64,000 nucleotides of DNA, taken from the NCBI RefSeq assembly GCF_009914755.1, contig NC_060935.1, one strand, 5' to 3'. Below, in pieces: positions 38,581 to 52,510 of this stretch. The DNA is from the human T2T-CHM13v2.0 reference genome, Homo sapiens. Positions within the stretch are counted from its first letter, which is position 1, and each line of letters starts with the position of its first letter. The notes under the pieces were generated by a model. That model saw only the letters and a program-made list of their open reading frames with translations. It was not told the origin of the DNA and did not search any database. A program made the translations under genes and the position numbers.

Positions 38581-40786
38581 TTCTCTTTCTCTGTATCCTG
38601 TGTTAACGTCTTATATTCTTTGATGGGGCAAGAAGTGATACAAGAAAAGCAGGATAAAGTCATGTCTCTTCCTTAGATTTCAAAGTTTTGGTTGAGAAAT
38701 TCAACATTCAGTTTAATTTACTTAGTCAGAATTTACTATTATGTGCAAAGCACTGCTCAGGTGTTTCAGAATTTGTAAGTATCATATAGGGAACAGAGTG
38801 TATCTTTACTATCACTTACAGAAAATAAAACAAATATAGAAATACTAAAGGAAGGGGAAGCTGAGTGTGCCAAACAATAAGTGTCCTAAACAAACCACAA
38901 TTCAAACCATGAGGCATTTTGTCAGAGGGAGAAAACATTTTTTCTTTTAAATACAAAAAGAAAACCAGTTTTATAGGATACATGGTGTTTGGGATCTCCT
39001 TAAAATGTATTTCTTATTGTTGACTTTTTTACTCACATATAAAAATTATAAAGAATTGAAAAGAATAGGAAAACAATTCTTCCAATATTCCCTGAGGATA
39101 GCACAATTATTATAATAATTCATTAATTCCCTTAAAGTTTTTCCTGTATTTGTTAAATAAAAATTAATCAAATTATATTTACAATTTTACAACCTTTTTG
39201 CTTACTTCATATTTTATTCTAAGTATCTTCTATTATGTTGTATTTCTAATAATCCATTGTTAGGATTATAAAATGTTCAAATTGGTGAATATCAAATTTT
39301 TTAGTAATTTCTCTTCTCTTAGGCATTAGGTTATTTTGAATTACTTGCTATTATAATTTTATACTTCAAATCTTTCTCCAGGCAGCCTTTCTTTTCCAAA
39401 ATTGAGACTTTTTCCTAAGAAATAATCCAAGAAGTGGAAATACTATGTCAAAGCACAGGACTCTGTGACAGCTCTTGAACACATTAGCAATATGTATCTA
39501 TCTTTTTCAAAAAGGCTAAAATAATTCATAATGCTATCAGAAAAGCATGGAGAGCATATGCTTCAGTGTACCAGCTACAGCAATGGGCAAACCAAGGTTT
39601 AAATTGTTATTAATGTGTTATAAAAATAACATCACATTACTTTCATTTGTATTTCTGAATTATGCATTAGTGAACTGCAATATTTTGCCATGTTTCTTTG
39701 CAGGTGTATCTTTGACAACATTTTTAAAATTATTTGTCTTGTTTCTTACCGATATTTTCAGCTGGTTCTTTTGGACTGTTTAAATTAATTTTCAAAAAAT
39801 ATTTTTATAATGTATATATTACTCTCCATTTTTGCTAGAAAATAAGTTTTCAACTTTCTTAATTTTTCTTGTGAATATTAATTTTCGTATTCTGAACCAT
39901 TTCAAATGGTCTCAAATCTGATTGCATCATTTCCCCATTGCTTCTAAACCTGGCATCTTTCAAGAAATTTCCATTTTTACTAAATAATTCTTTACACCTG
40001 TTGTTTATGTTAGCATACAATGTGAAGTGCGATTCTGAATTTACTTTTATAGCAGTTATAGCAGGTACTAACATAGTTCATATAATATTATGGTTGAGTA
40101 ATCTTTCCCCATTAATTTTTGCTGTATCATTTATTACTAATATTTCCTTATAGATCACCAAGCCTATTTCTACATCATCTACTGTAATCTTTTTATGTGT
40201 CCTTACATCAGCTCCTGGGGATTTGATATTTATATCATGATACTATATTTAATACACAGATCTCTGCCCTCAAAATTATACTTTAAAAAAATTACCTTAG
40301 TATTCTCACCAAGTATTTTTCCTTCCATCTTAAAATTTTGTTCAAATTGTGTTGTACTTGTGTAATCTTACACAGAATTAATCCTAAATGTTTAACATTT
40401 CCAAAATTAATGGCTTCACAATATTTGCTATTCTGGATAAACAGAATTTTGCCAGATGGAAGTGGAAATAAGGAGCTCTATGTGGAGGTAATGACAAAAA
40501 CAAAGGAGGTAGAAAGAAATCATGCTTTGAAAAATAAATAGTCTGGCTGAGTTATGATGTACAGATACTGAAAAAGCAAGAAATAAAACTGGAAACAGCT
40601 GGGGTCACACAGTAGAGGACCTTCAATGTTAAGCAGAGTATTTTGTAACTGATCAAATGTCAGGAGGGAGGGACTGACATTTCTGAGCGGCACAATTGCC
40701 ACTCAGAATGTCGAAAGTAGGTCTTTTGAGATGGGGCAGCCCTACATAGGACGTGCTAGAGTGGAAAGACAGAAAACAGCAGGAAA

Positions 40787-40867
40787 CGACACTTGTATAC
40801 CTATGTAACAAACCTGCACGTTCTGTCCATGTATCCAGCAACTTAAAGTAAAACAAATTTAAAAAAA
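40787..40867 (+). mobile_element. Short L1PA 3' end insertion
   Basis: tatacctatgtaacaaacctgcacg...poly(A); TSD agaaaacagca(g/a)gaaa at 40771-40786 and 40868-40883. Confidence 0.85.
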
Positions 40868-40980
40868 AGAAAACAGCAAGAAATTCCCAAAGCTAGTTCA
40901 GCAACAGTCATGTTAGTTTACTTTTAAATATATATATATACACACACATACACACATATGCACATATATGTAGAACATAC

Positions 40981-41062
40981 TTGCTTTTGTCAAAGTCCTG
41001 GAGTCTCTCACTGAACTTGGAAGCAATTTCTGTAAAATTCTTTACTGCAGAAAAAAGTGAAT
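40981..41062 (-). CDS. FOLH1: FOLH1 exon 17 (82 nt)
   Basis: [26 protein letters not shown]. Confidence 0.97.
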
Positions 41063-41362
41063 CTGAAATAGAAATTGGGATCATCAAATGCTTAAAGAAC
41101 ATAATTTCTAATGGCACTGCTCTATAGTTCAAGAAAAGGAACAATATAGAAGCCATCATCTTTTGTGTTTTACAAGGTATTTATATTTTTATATTATAAG
41201 ACGTGAGCATCCATAAAATGGAAAATACATTTATAGACATAAACAGAATATTGGATCACTTGAAATAGCAATAAATAATAAATGACCTAAGATAGCCCAT
41301 TATATTTAGGAGATTAATAGAACCATACAGATGAGGAATTTGAAAAAGGAAGGGTAACATAC

Positions 41363-41627
41363 CAAATGATACACTGTATGTCTTCATTTCCTGTGGATGT
41401 TTCATAGAAATACTGTAGATTTTGTCAGCATACTTTCTTAAAACTACAGCATAATCTCGACAATCAAAAGGGAGCACTATGGAATTGGCTAGCTCAAACA
41501 CCATCCCTCCTCGAACCTGGGCCACAGTGAGGTGATATTTAAACATTGGATCATAAAACTTTTCCACCAACTCATATGTTTCATAGACACTGTGATACAG
41601 TGGATAGCCGCTGAATTTGTTTGTTTC
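41363..41627 (-). CDS. FOLH1: FOLH1 exon 16 (265 nt)
   Basis: [32 protein letters not shown]...MKTYSVSF. Confidence 0.97.
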
Positions 41628-43008
41628 CTACAGAAAAAACAACAAAACATATCTCTTATAGGATAGCTTACAAAAAATGATTAGCACCATATTTACTATT
41701 AGTATTAGTAAGATTGGTCAGTGATGGATCAAGGAAAGTACTTAAGCATCTCAATAAGCTACATCCTAAATGGCTAATATTATGATACATAAACACATTC
41801 CAGGCTTGTATCAATTAAAATATGTGTATATGATATAACAAATATTATTTAAAAATTATTTGAAAGGGACCAAACTGGCTTGCCTCTAAGAATGCAGAAC
41901 ATTGCATTCTTAGATTCATGTTTTAAGAATCTGAAAAAAAAGACAAGACAATCTTGCATTTGGATAAAAAGAAGACGAATTGTTAAAGGCAAGTACATAA
42001 GTATTACACAATATTATATAGGAGAAGACACTAAATTGCTTAATCACTAAAATTCCATGGATAAATGATTGTCTGACAAGCAGTGTACTGAAGGCTGGAG
42101 AGTCTGAGTGGTGAGGGGTGCAGTAGTGGATCCAAAATCTCACTAAGGAGAGAGAAGGGAGGCCCAGACAGGTGTCAGGAAAACCAAAAGTATAGGTAGA
42201 AGGAAGGACTTTTCAAACTGTGAATTGCTGGTTTATCACTTTTGATCATCTTAAGATGCTTATTTTTTATTATTAATATAAAAGGACATTTTATGTACTG
42301 ATGTGTTGAAGAGACTGGGATTCTGGAATTACCCTGCCAGGGTTTGAATCTAGGCTTCAGGACTTACTACCAAAAACTTTAGGTGGTCATTTGACTTTTC
42401 TTTGTTGTAATTTTTTCGTAGTAAAATGTAGACAATATTAATATTTATCCTCACTATCACCTCCTGCATAACTCTGCCTAACCTCCTACCTCACAGACAG
42501 GAGACTGAAGATTTTCCATCTGGGAAGGATAGCCCATGAGGAAAGGCTTACAGAAACTTAATGTCAACTCTAAATCACCAAATGTCTTTTCTGTATTTGG
42601 AGTTGAGCTCGATCTCTTATTATTGCAATATTCTTATTGGAATAGTTTTGAATGAACTCTTCCTTACCATTTTTATAACTGTGAGAATGATTTTTCTTTA
42701 TAACATAAAATTTAAAATTGAAAAAGTATCAGGATTAAAATATTACTTATAAATATGGATGTATCATAAAAGTTGACAAAGGTTTCATCTGATGAACAGA
42801 AATCAGGGGTGGTATGAATATGAAATGGAAATAAGAAACAACTGTTTTTAATTATAAACCACTGTTCTTATAAAACTACTTGACATTTTATAAACTATGT
42901 ACCCAATTTACTTTGAAGAAAATGAAAACCATATATATATATATATATATATAATCAACAACAAAAGAAAGGGAATCATGACTTTTACACGTACACAGTG
43001 TATTATAC

Positions 43009-43368
43009 TGATATGATTTGACTCTGTGTCCCCACCCAAATCTCACCTTGAATTATGATAATCCCCACGTGTCATGGGAGAGACTTTATGGGAGGTAATT
43101 GAATCATGGGGGACGAGTTTTCCTGCACTGCTCTCGTGATAGTGAATAAGTCTCATGTGAGCTGATGGTTTTATAAAGGGAAGTTCCCCTGTATATGCTC
43201 TCTTGCCTGCTGCCAGGTAAGATGTAACTTTGCTCCTCACTCACCTTCAGCCATGATTGTGATGCCTCCCCAGCCATATGAAACTGTGAGTCAATTAAAC
43301 ATATTTCCCTTTTAAATGACCCAGTCTCGGGTATGTCTTTATTAGGAGCAGGAAAACAGACTAATATA
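43009..43368 (+). mobile_element. THE1 (THE1C-like) MaLR solo LTR in FOLH1 intron 15
   Basis: tgatatg...ccccacccaaatctca...taattgaatcatgggg...cagactaatata; degenerate 5-bp TSD tatac/tatat. Confidence 0.9.
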
Positions 43369-43833
43369 TATATCATTTTTCATTTGTTTAATGACTTGTT
43401 ATTTGTTTAATAATTGGAGATACAGTAAGAGATGGAAATCCAAATACACTCATTAATTTTGAATGATAATGGGGAGATACTAATTTTGAATAAGGAGGAG
43501 GGTGAAATCAAAGACAATTCCTACATTTCCAACTTAAATGACTGAGTGAATGCAATGCCACCAAATGAAACAGAAAATATGTTTAAAGGAGTACACAGAA
43601 GTTCACATTTGCAGACATGAGTATTGATACCAACTGACACTTGAATTTAGGGTTGGAATACAAGATATAGGAGTTATCCTACGTAGTAGTGATACTGTCA
43701 ACCATTGAGACTTCTCCCTCTGCTTTCAAATTTCTCTATTCCTCTAATGCTTGAGTCACTTTTTGGAGTCAGAATTATTTGTTTAGTTAAAACATATTCA
43801 TAAATAATCTTAGATAATTTGAGATTCACTTAC

Positions 43834-43924
43834 CCAATTTTTAGTATACCGTGCTCTGCCTGAAGCAATTCCAAGTCGTTGGAAGAACACCTCAAAATCA
43901 TTTCCAGATCCCAATTTGCTTATC
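43834..43924 (-). CDS. FOLH1: FOLH1 exon 15 (91 nt)
   Basis: [30 protein letters not shown]. Confidence 0.97.
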
Positions 43925-44501
43925 CTTTTAGAGATAAAACAACAGAATTATTTCAAAGTAATTTGTTCATTAAGCACAGATTACATGTCCATTAAACTAA
44001 ACCCCATTCTTACTATTATAAATGTAATTTTAAACATACAGCTTTAGACATGCAGCAAAAACATGAAAAGAATATTAATTTTGATCACAAAATATCTCCT
44101 TCTATGAGACTATTTCGTGTAGGAATGACTATTTTATGTCACATTTTGTTAAAGGTTTCTGAAGTTGGAAAACATTTTCCTTAAGATTATTTCATTCCAT
44201 TTATCATCTTTATTTGTTGTACATAATAGAGTGAAAAGCAAATATTTTTCAGATAATTTGGACATAAATTTTGCCCTTAATAATATAAATAGTGCTGTTG
44301 ACATCGATAAACTCAGAGCACTGAGATATTTATTCTTCTTCCCTTGCTTGTGAAGATACAACCAATGTTGAAATGATGCTTGCATTTTTATTGCAATAAG
44401 CAAAATATTTGTTAACTATATGATATTCAGAAAAAGGATAATTACAAGGTGATGAGGTGGCAGAAAAACGAGGAAAATTACTTTTCACCATTATCTCTAT
44501 C

Positions 44502-44818
44502 ATGGGTTGAGTATCCCTAATCCAAAAATCCAAAATCTGTATCAAAACATTTCATGCACCCCAAAAATAAATACACCTACTACATACTCACAAAAATTAA
44601 AGATTAGAACATTTTAAAAAATGCTGCAAAATCCAAAAGTTTTTAAGCACCTACATGACACTGAAAGGAAATGCTAACTGAAGCATTTCAGATTATGAAT
44701 TTTCAGATTAGGGATGTTCAACCAGTAAGTATAATGCAAATATTCCAAAATCTTAAAAAAATCCAAAGTCCAAAACACTTCTCATCCCACGCATTTCATA
44801 TAAGAAATGACCAATCTT
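44502..44818 (+). mobile_element. Tigger4/MER46-like DNA transposon with an embedded short L1MA-type 3' end (~44540-44620)
   Basis: ggttgagtatccctaatccaaaaatccaaaatc...gattagggatgttcaacc...aaacacttct. Confidence 0.75.
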
Positions 44819-45068
44819 TATAATCTGCTGAAATGTTCCATATGTATATATTACATATTCTAAAGAGAAATCACATTTTGATATCCTGCAGATTTAACTA
44901 CAAAACACATAGTAATATTTTATTTGTGAACCAAAGTAATGCTTTTCTTTATCAGATTTTAGACCATTTTGAAACTTAATTTTTCACTTAATGATTGAAA
45001 GAAAATGTGCTTTTATTTTCAAAACAATCCCACACTGAATTCAGTGGAAACTTCATTCATTTGTTTAC

Positions 45069-45160
45069 CTGGGCATGCCACTGAACTCTGGGGAAGGACT
45101 TTTTTTAGTCCAACTTTCATAAAGAGATTTGCCTTCAAAGCCTTCATCAGGGCTTTTCAG
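45069..45160 (-). CDS. FOLH1: FOLH1 exon 14 (92 nt)
   Basis: [30 protein letters not shown]. Confidence 0.97.
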
Positions 45161-47002
45161 CTACACAAATTAAAAGAAAAAAAGAGAATACTTACAAATC
45201 AGATATATTAAAAACTAGATGTCCATTAACCAGAAGTGAGTAACTAAGCCACAATTCAGCAAAAACAAGGGATGCTATCCATACATTAGCAGTCATCAAG
45301 AATTATAAGTTTCTGACAAGTGGGAAAATACTCATGTGATTATATATAGGTGAACTATATTATAAAAATAAATGTATGAAGTGCATAGCATAAACAGGCT
45401 ACACCAAATTCATACCAAGCCATTGTCTTTAGATGAATGGCATAGCATATGATCTTTTTGTCTATTTTTCTGAATTAAAAGATACTACAGTCAAAACTAT
45501 TTCTCATCTCACAACAAAGAAAATAAAAAGAAGTAAGCTGGTTAAGGGTAAGGATTCAATTTAATATTGTTTCTTGCCAGTAGGGTTGCCAAAGTCATTC
45601 AATAATATACAATAAACCGCAATGTCTGTTCTTGTACCAGTATCATGCTGTTTTGATTACTGTAGCCTCATAGTATAGTTTGATGTCTCCAGCTTTGTTC
45701 TTTTTGCTTAGGATTGCCTTGGTTATATGGGCTCTTTTATGGATCCATATGAATTTTAAAACAGATTTTTCAAATTCTGTGAAGAATGCCAACAATAGTT
45801 TAATAGGAATAGCACTGAATCTATAAATTACTTGGGGCAATATGGCCGTTTTAATGATATTGATTCTTCCTATCCATGAGCATGGAATGTTTTTTCCATT
45901 TGAATATGTCATCTCTGATTTCTTAGAGCAGTGGTTTGTAGTTCTCCTTGTAGAGATCTTTCACCTCCTGAGTTAGCTGTATTCATAGGTATTTTGTTCA
46001 TTTTGTGGTAATTGTGAATGAGTGGTAATTTGTGACTTGGCTCTTGGCTTGTCTGTTGTTAGTGTATAGGAATGCTAGCAATTTTTGTACATTGATTTTG
46101 TATCCTGAGACTGCTATAGTTGCTTATCAGCTTAAGGAGCTTTTGGGCTTTGACAATGGAATTTCCTAGATATAGAATAATGTCATCTGCAAACAGGGAT
46201 AGTTTGACCTCCTCTCTTTTTATTTGAATGAGCTTTATTTTTTTATCTTGCCTGATTACCCTGGCCAGCACTTCCAATACTATGTTGAATAGGAGTGATT
46301 AGAGAAGAATCCTTATTTTGTGTCGGTTTTGAAAAGGACTGCTTGTAGCTTTGGCCCATTCAGTACGATGTTGGCTGTGGGTTTGTCATATATGGCTCTT
46401 ATTATTTTGAGGTTTGCTCCTTCAATACCTAGTTTATTGATAGTTTTTAACATGAAGAGATATTCAATGTTATTGAAAGCTTTTTTCTGCATTTATTGAG
46501 ATAATCATGTGGTTTTTGTTTCTAGTTCTGCCTATGTGATTAACTGCATTTATTGATTTGCATATGTTGAATCAACCTTGCATCCCTGGGATGAAGCCTA
46601 CTTGATTGTGGTGGATAAGCTTTCTAATGTGCTGCTGGATTCTGTTTGCCAGTACTTTATTGAGGATTTTTGCATCATTGTTCATCATAGATACTGGCCT
46701 GAATTTTTGTTGCTGTTGTATCTCTGCCAAATTTTGGTATTGGGATGATGCTGGCCTCATAGAATTAGTTAGGGAGGAGTCTCTCCTCCTAATTATTTGG
46801 CAATAGTTTCAATAGAAATAGTACCAGCCCTTCTTTGTACCTCTGGTAGAATTAAGCTGTGAATCCATTTGGTCCTTGGCTTTTTTTGGTTGGTAAGCTA
46901 TTTATTACTGCCTCAGTTTCAGAACTCATGATTGGCCTGTTCAGGGATTCAATTTCTTTCTGGTTCAGCCTTCAGAAGGTGTATGTTTCCAGGAATTTAT
47001 CC

Positions 47003-47198
47003 TTTTTTTTCTTTTTCCTTTTCTTTTTTTTTTTCTGTTTTTGTTTTGTTTTGTTTTTTGATGAAGTCTTGCACTGTCACCTGAGCTAGAGTGCAATTGC
47101 GCGATCTCTGCTCACTGCAACCTCGTTCACGCAATTCTCCTGCTTCAGCCTCCCGAGCAGCTGGGATTACAGGCACCTGCCACCACACCCAGCTAATT
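47003..47198 (-). mobile_element. 5'-truncated Alu (right arm) inside the L1
   Basis: Long T-rich tail + right-arm sequence with small deletions. Confidence 0.8.
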
Positions 47199-47542
47199 TC
47201 CATTTCTTCTAGATTCTTTAGTTTATGTGCATAGAGGTGTTTATAATGTTCTCTGATGTTTGTATTTCTGTGGGGTCAGTGAGAATATTCCCCCTTATCA
47301 TTTCTGACGGTGTTTATTTGAATCTTATCACTTTTCTTCTTTATTAGTCTAGTTAGCACTCTATTTTTTATTAATTTTTTTCAAAAAATCAGCTCCTGGA
47401 TTCGTTAATATTTTGAAGGGTTTTTCATGTCTCCAACACCTTCAGTTCAGCTGTGGTCTTGGTTACTTTGTGTCTTTTGCTAGCTTTGGGGTTTGTTTGC
47501 TTTTGTTCTCTAGTATATTTAGTTTTGACACTAGGCTGTTAA

Positions 47543-47858
<316 letters not shown>

Positions 47859-50800
47859 AGATATTTCTAACTTTTAATGTGGGCATTTAGTGCTATAAAT
47901 TTCCCTTTTAATTCTGCCTTAGCTGTGTCCCAGAGATTCTGGTGTGTCATATCTTTGTTCTCATTAGTTTCAAAGAACTTCTTGATTCCTGCTTTTATCT
48001 CATTATATACCCACAAGTCATTCAGGAACAGGTTATTCAATTTCCATGGAATTGCATAGTTTTGAGTGAATTTCTTACTCTTGATTTTGAATTTGCACGG
48101 CAGTACAAGAGACGTTTTTAATTTCATTTCTTTTGCTTTTGCTGAGGAGTGTTTTACTTCCAATTATGTGATCAATTTTAGAGTAAGTGCCATGGGCTGA
48201 TGAGAAGAATGTCTATTCTGTTGTTTCTGGGTGGAGAATTTTGTAGATATCTATCAGGTCCATTTGATCCAGTACTCAGTTTAGGCCATGAATATCTTTG
48301 TTATTTTATGTCTTGAAAATTAATTAATATTTTCAATAGGCTGTTAAAGTCTACCACTATTATTGTGTGGGAGTCTAAGTCTCTTTGAAGGTCTCTAAGA
48401 ACTTGCCTTATGAATCTGGGTGCTCCTGTGTTATGTGCATATATATTTAGGACAGTAAGCTCTTCTTGTTGAATTGAATCCTTTACCGTTACGTGATGCC
48501 CTTCTTTGTCTTTTTTTTTATCTTTGTTGGTTTAAAGTCTGTTTTGTCAGAAACTAGAATTGCAACTCCTGCATTTTTCTGTTTTCTATTTGCTTGGTAG
48601 ACTTTCCTTCATCTATTTATTTTGACTTATGTGTGTCATTGCATATGAGAAGGGTCTCTTGAAGACAGGATACCAATAGGTCCTGGTTCTTTATCCAGCT
48701 TGCCACTCTATGTATTTTAATTGGTGTATTTAGACCATTTACATATAAGATTAGAATTGAAATGTGTGGATTTGATCCTGTCATCATGATGTTAGCTGGT
48801 TATTCTGCAGACTTATGTGATTGCTTTATAGTATCACTGGTCTGTGTACTTCAGTGTGTTTTTGTCGTGGATGGTGATAGTCTTTCCTGTCCATATTTAG
48901 TACTTCTCTCAATAACTCTTGTTAAGACAGGTCTGGTGGTAACAAATTCCCTCAGCATTTGCTTGTCTTGAAAGAATCTTATTTCTCCTTCACGTATAAA
49001 GCTTAATGTGGTCGGATATGAAATTCTGGATTGGAATTTCTTTTTTCTAAGAATGTTGAACATTGGCCTCCAATCTCTTCTGGCTTGCAGGGTTTCAGCT
49101 GAGAGGTCCACTGTTAGGCTGATGGGCTTCCCTTTGTAGGTAACCTGGCCTTTCCCTCTAGCTGCCTTTAACATTTTTTCTCTCATTTTGTCCTTGGAGA
49201 ATCTGATGAGTATGTGTCTTGGGGATGATCTTCTCAAGTAGTATCTTACTGAGGTTCTCTGCATTTCCTGAATTTGAATGTTGGCCTATCTAGCTATGTT
49301 GGGAAAGTTCTCATGGATTATATCCTGGAATATGTTTTCCAAGCTGGTTCCATTCTTCCTATCTCTTTCAAGTACACCAATCAGTCATAGATTCAGTCTC
49401 TTCACATAATCACATATTTCTTGGTGGTTTTGTTCATTCCTTTTTCTCTATTCTTGTCTGCCTGTATTATTTCAGAAAGACAGTCTTCAACTCTAAGATT
49501 CTTTCCTTCACTTGGTCTATACTGCTATCAATACTTGTGACAGCATTTGTAGTATTTTTCAGCTCTATTCTTCTCTAAACTGGCTCATTTTACTGTCAGT
49601 TCCTGCAATGTTTTAACATGATTTTTAGCTTCCTAGAATTGGGTTACAACACGCTCCTTTACCTCAGTAAACTTTGTCCCTATCCATATTATGAATTCTA
49701 CTTCTGTCATTTCAGGCATCTCAGCCTCAACCCGGTTCCGAAACCTTGCTGGAGAAGTGATGCAGTCATTTGGAGGAAAGAGGGCACTGTGGCATTTTGA
49801 GTTTTCAATGTTCTTGTACTGATCCTTTCTCATCTTTGTGGGCTTATCTGCCTTCAATCTTTGAGGTTGGTGACCTTTGAGTGGAGCTTGTCCTTTTTTT
49901 TCTTTTCTTTTTTTTTTTTTTAAACAGTCTAGCCACTTTTCTGCAGGGCTGCTGTGTTGTGCTGGGGGGTCGACTCCAATCGCTAGTTGCCTCAGATTTT
50001 ACAGTACCTGGAGGAATCATCGGTGATGGCTGTGAAACAGTAAAGAATGCAGCCTGCTTCTTACTGTAGGACCTCCGTCCAAGGGAGTTATAGACATGTT
50101 GCCAGCCTGAACAGACCTGTAGGAGGTGGCTGGAGACCCCACTAGGAGGTCTTACCCAGACAGGAGGAAAAGGATCAGGGACCCAGTTTAAAAAGTAGCC
50201 TGGCCACGTTTTTGTAGAGCAACTGTGCTGTGGTGAGGGTCCACTTCAGCCCTCGGTTGTCTTGGACACTCCGAAGTCTGAAACCTGGGATGGCTAAGTC
50301 ACCCAAACAGCAAAGATGGTGGTTTGCCCCTCCTCCTGGCAGCTCCATCCCAGGGTGTCCTAAAACCTCTGTTAGCCAGAGAACACCAGTGGGGGTAGCC
50401 AGAAACCCTAGTTGGGAGGCTCCACCCATTGATGAGGAACGTAGTTGGGGATCTGCTTTATAAGGAAGTCTGGCCACGTTTTTGTGAGGCCACTGTGCTG
50501 TGCTGGGGTACCGCTTCCACCCCCAGTCATCTTGGGCTCTCCAAAGCCTAAAGGTGGGAATGGCTAAGCCACCCAAACAGCAAAGATGGCAGCCCACCCC
50601 TCCACCCCCACCTCCCTGCCCCCCACCACCACCCAAGAGCTCTTTCCCAGATAGGCACAACACTGCTACCAGTGGCTGGCTGGAAATCCAAGCCAGTGGG
50701 TCTTATCCTGTGAAGTGCTGTGGAAGTGGGGCCTGCAGACCATCACTGCTCAGGCCCTTGAATTCAGCCTCTTTTTTATGGGTATGTATGGGGGTCTAAC

Positions 50801-51821
50801 CTCCTGCTGTGCTGGAGTTGCAGTTACTTTTGCCATGAAGCCTGGAAAGCTGGTGTATCTAAAGCTCCTGTGTCTCTGTGCATGCCTGAGTGGCTGTTCT
50901 GCTAAGACTCCATGCACCTGTGTATCAGACTGAAGGCCCTGGTGGAGTGGGTTCACAAGGGTATCTGCTGACCTAAGCGTTGCAAAGATCCATGGAAAAA
51001 GCATGGTTTCCTGGGGTTGCACATTCGCTCATCATTTTCCTGGGTGGGGGAGGTTCCCTTGACTCTGTGTCATTCCCAGGTGGGCCATCGTCCTGCCTTG
51101 CTTTTCTCCATTCTCCTTGGGTTGGGTTGTTTCCTTGATTAGTCCCAATGTGAGTATCTGCTCGTTTCAGTTGAAGGTGCTGTATTTACTTGCCCCTTCA
51201 ATTTCTCTTTGTGAGAGCCACACACCATAGTTGCTTCTAGTCAGTCATCTTGGTCACTCCTCCATTCCATTCTTTTGAAACCAAAGCTTAATGGCATTTA
51301 AATTTTATTTATAATCCCTATCTGAAAAAATGTAATTGTGATCTCATCTAGCCTCTGTCCCTGGAAGCCAGCACCTGGTATTCTTATGAATATTCTTTCT
51401 CAATCAGTTAGAACATTTAATGATTCCTGTGTTCTGAATTAATTGGTATCACTATACTGAAGAGTATAAACAAGTTTTTTAATTAAGGAGTTGAGCCATA
51501 GGACCAAGTCTTGGTTCGGCTACCGTACAAGTTGTGTGTGACTTTGGTGGCCAATGTTCTTTGAGCTCAGTTTCACTGTTTTAAGAATGGAGATGGTAGA
51601 CATGATGCTACTAATGGGCTACCTCACACTGGTGTGGTGAGAAATGAGGCAATCTGTGTAAACAGTTTACTAGATGTGATGGTCTGTGAAGATGTGATGT
51701 CATATATGTTATATGAAATGAAGACAAGAAGTTATAAAACACCACCTATGTTTAACATAATACCTCAAGAAAACATCATTTGTAGAATTTGGGTTTTCTT
51801 AAATTATATGTAATTATATAC

Positions 51822-51889
51822 CTCTTTTGTTAGGTTGTGTACCAAGCTGTACATCAGCGGTGTACAATCAACTCTCAGAGTGTAGTTTC
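51822..51889 (-). CDS. FOLH1: FOLH1 exon 13 (68 nt)
   Basis: [22 protein letters not shown]. Confidence 0.97.
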
Positions 51890-51989
51890 CTGAAAAATAA
51901 GAAAAGAATAGATTTTAAAATTTAATTTCTTTCTGTTATTATTTTCTTCAAAGACCACTGCTAAATTCCTACCAGAATGATTGTTTTAA

Positions 51990-52510
51990 AACCTGATTTC
52001 AACTGTAACTCTCCAATGGCTTCCCAACTAACTCTGTAAAGTCCATCATTCTCACCATGGCCCACACTGCCATATATGAAACCCTAGGTCACCTCTCAAA
52101 ATCTGCATTTTACATTCTGCCCAAGAATACTCCCTCAGCATCTTTGCACACACTGTCCTTCCAGCCTGGAACAGTATTCTGCATTATATCTGCATGACTT
52201 ACTCCTCCTCCTCTGGTCTAATGTCATGTTTTTCTGAGAGATTTCCCCTGATCACCCTACCTAAAATAGCACTCTCTTACCCCCTAATTTTAGCCACTCT
52301 CTCTTTTAACCTTGGCTCTTGTTTCTCTATATTACTCATCTATTTAACATAAAACATATTAAGTACTTGTCTTTTTATTATTGGCCCTCCCACTAGACGA
52401 TAAGTCCCCTGGGATAAGGTGCACTCTCTTGTTTGCTGCCATACCCCAAGTGTTTAGAACAATCCTAGAATCTGGCATTTAACCAATCAATATTTGTTGT
52501 AACAATGAAT
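51990..52510 (+). mobile_element. L2 3' fragment
   Basis: ctttgcacacactgtccttccagcctggaac...ctcccactagac...aatatttgttg. Confidence 0.6.

Noticed and set aside
50175-51022. 162-aa Gly-rich and Pro-rich ORFs
   Set aside because: Chance ORFs in the GC-rich duplicated L1 5'UTR
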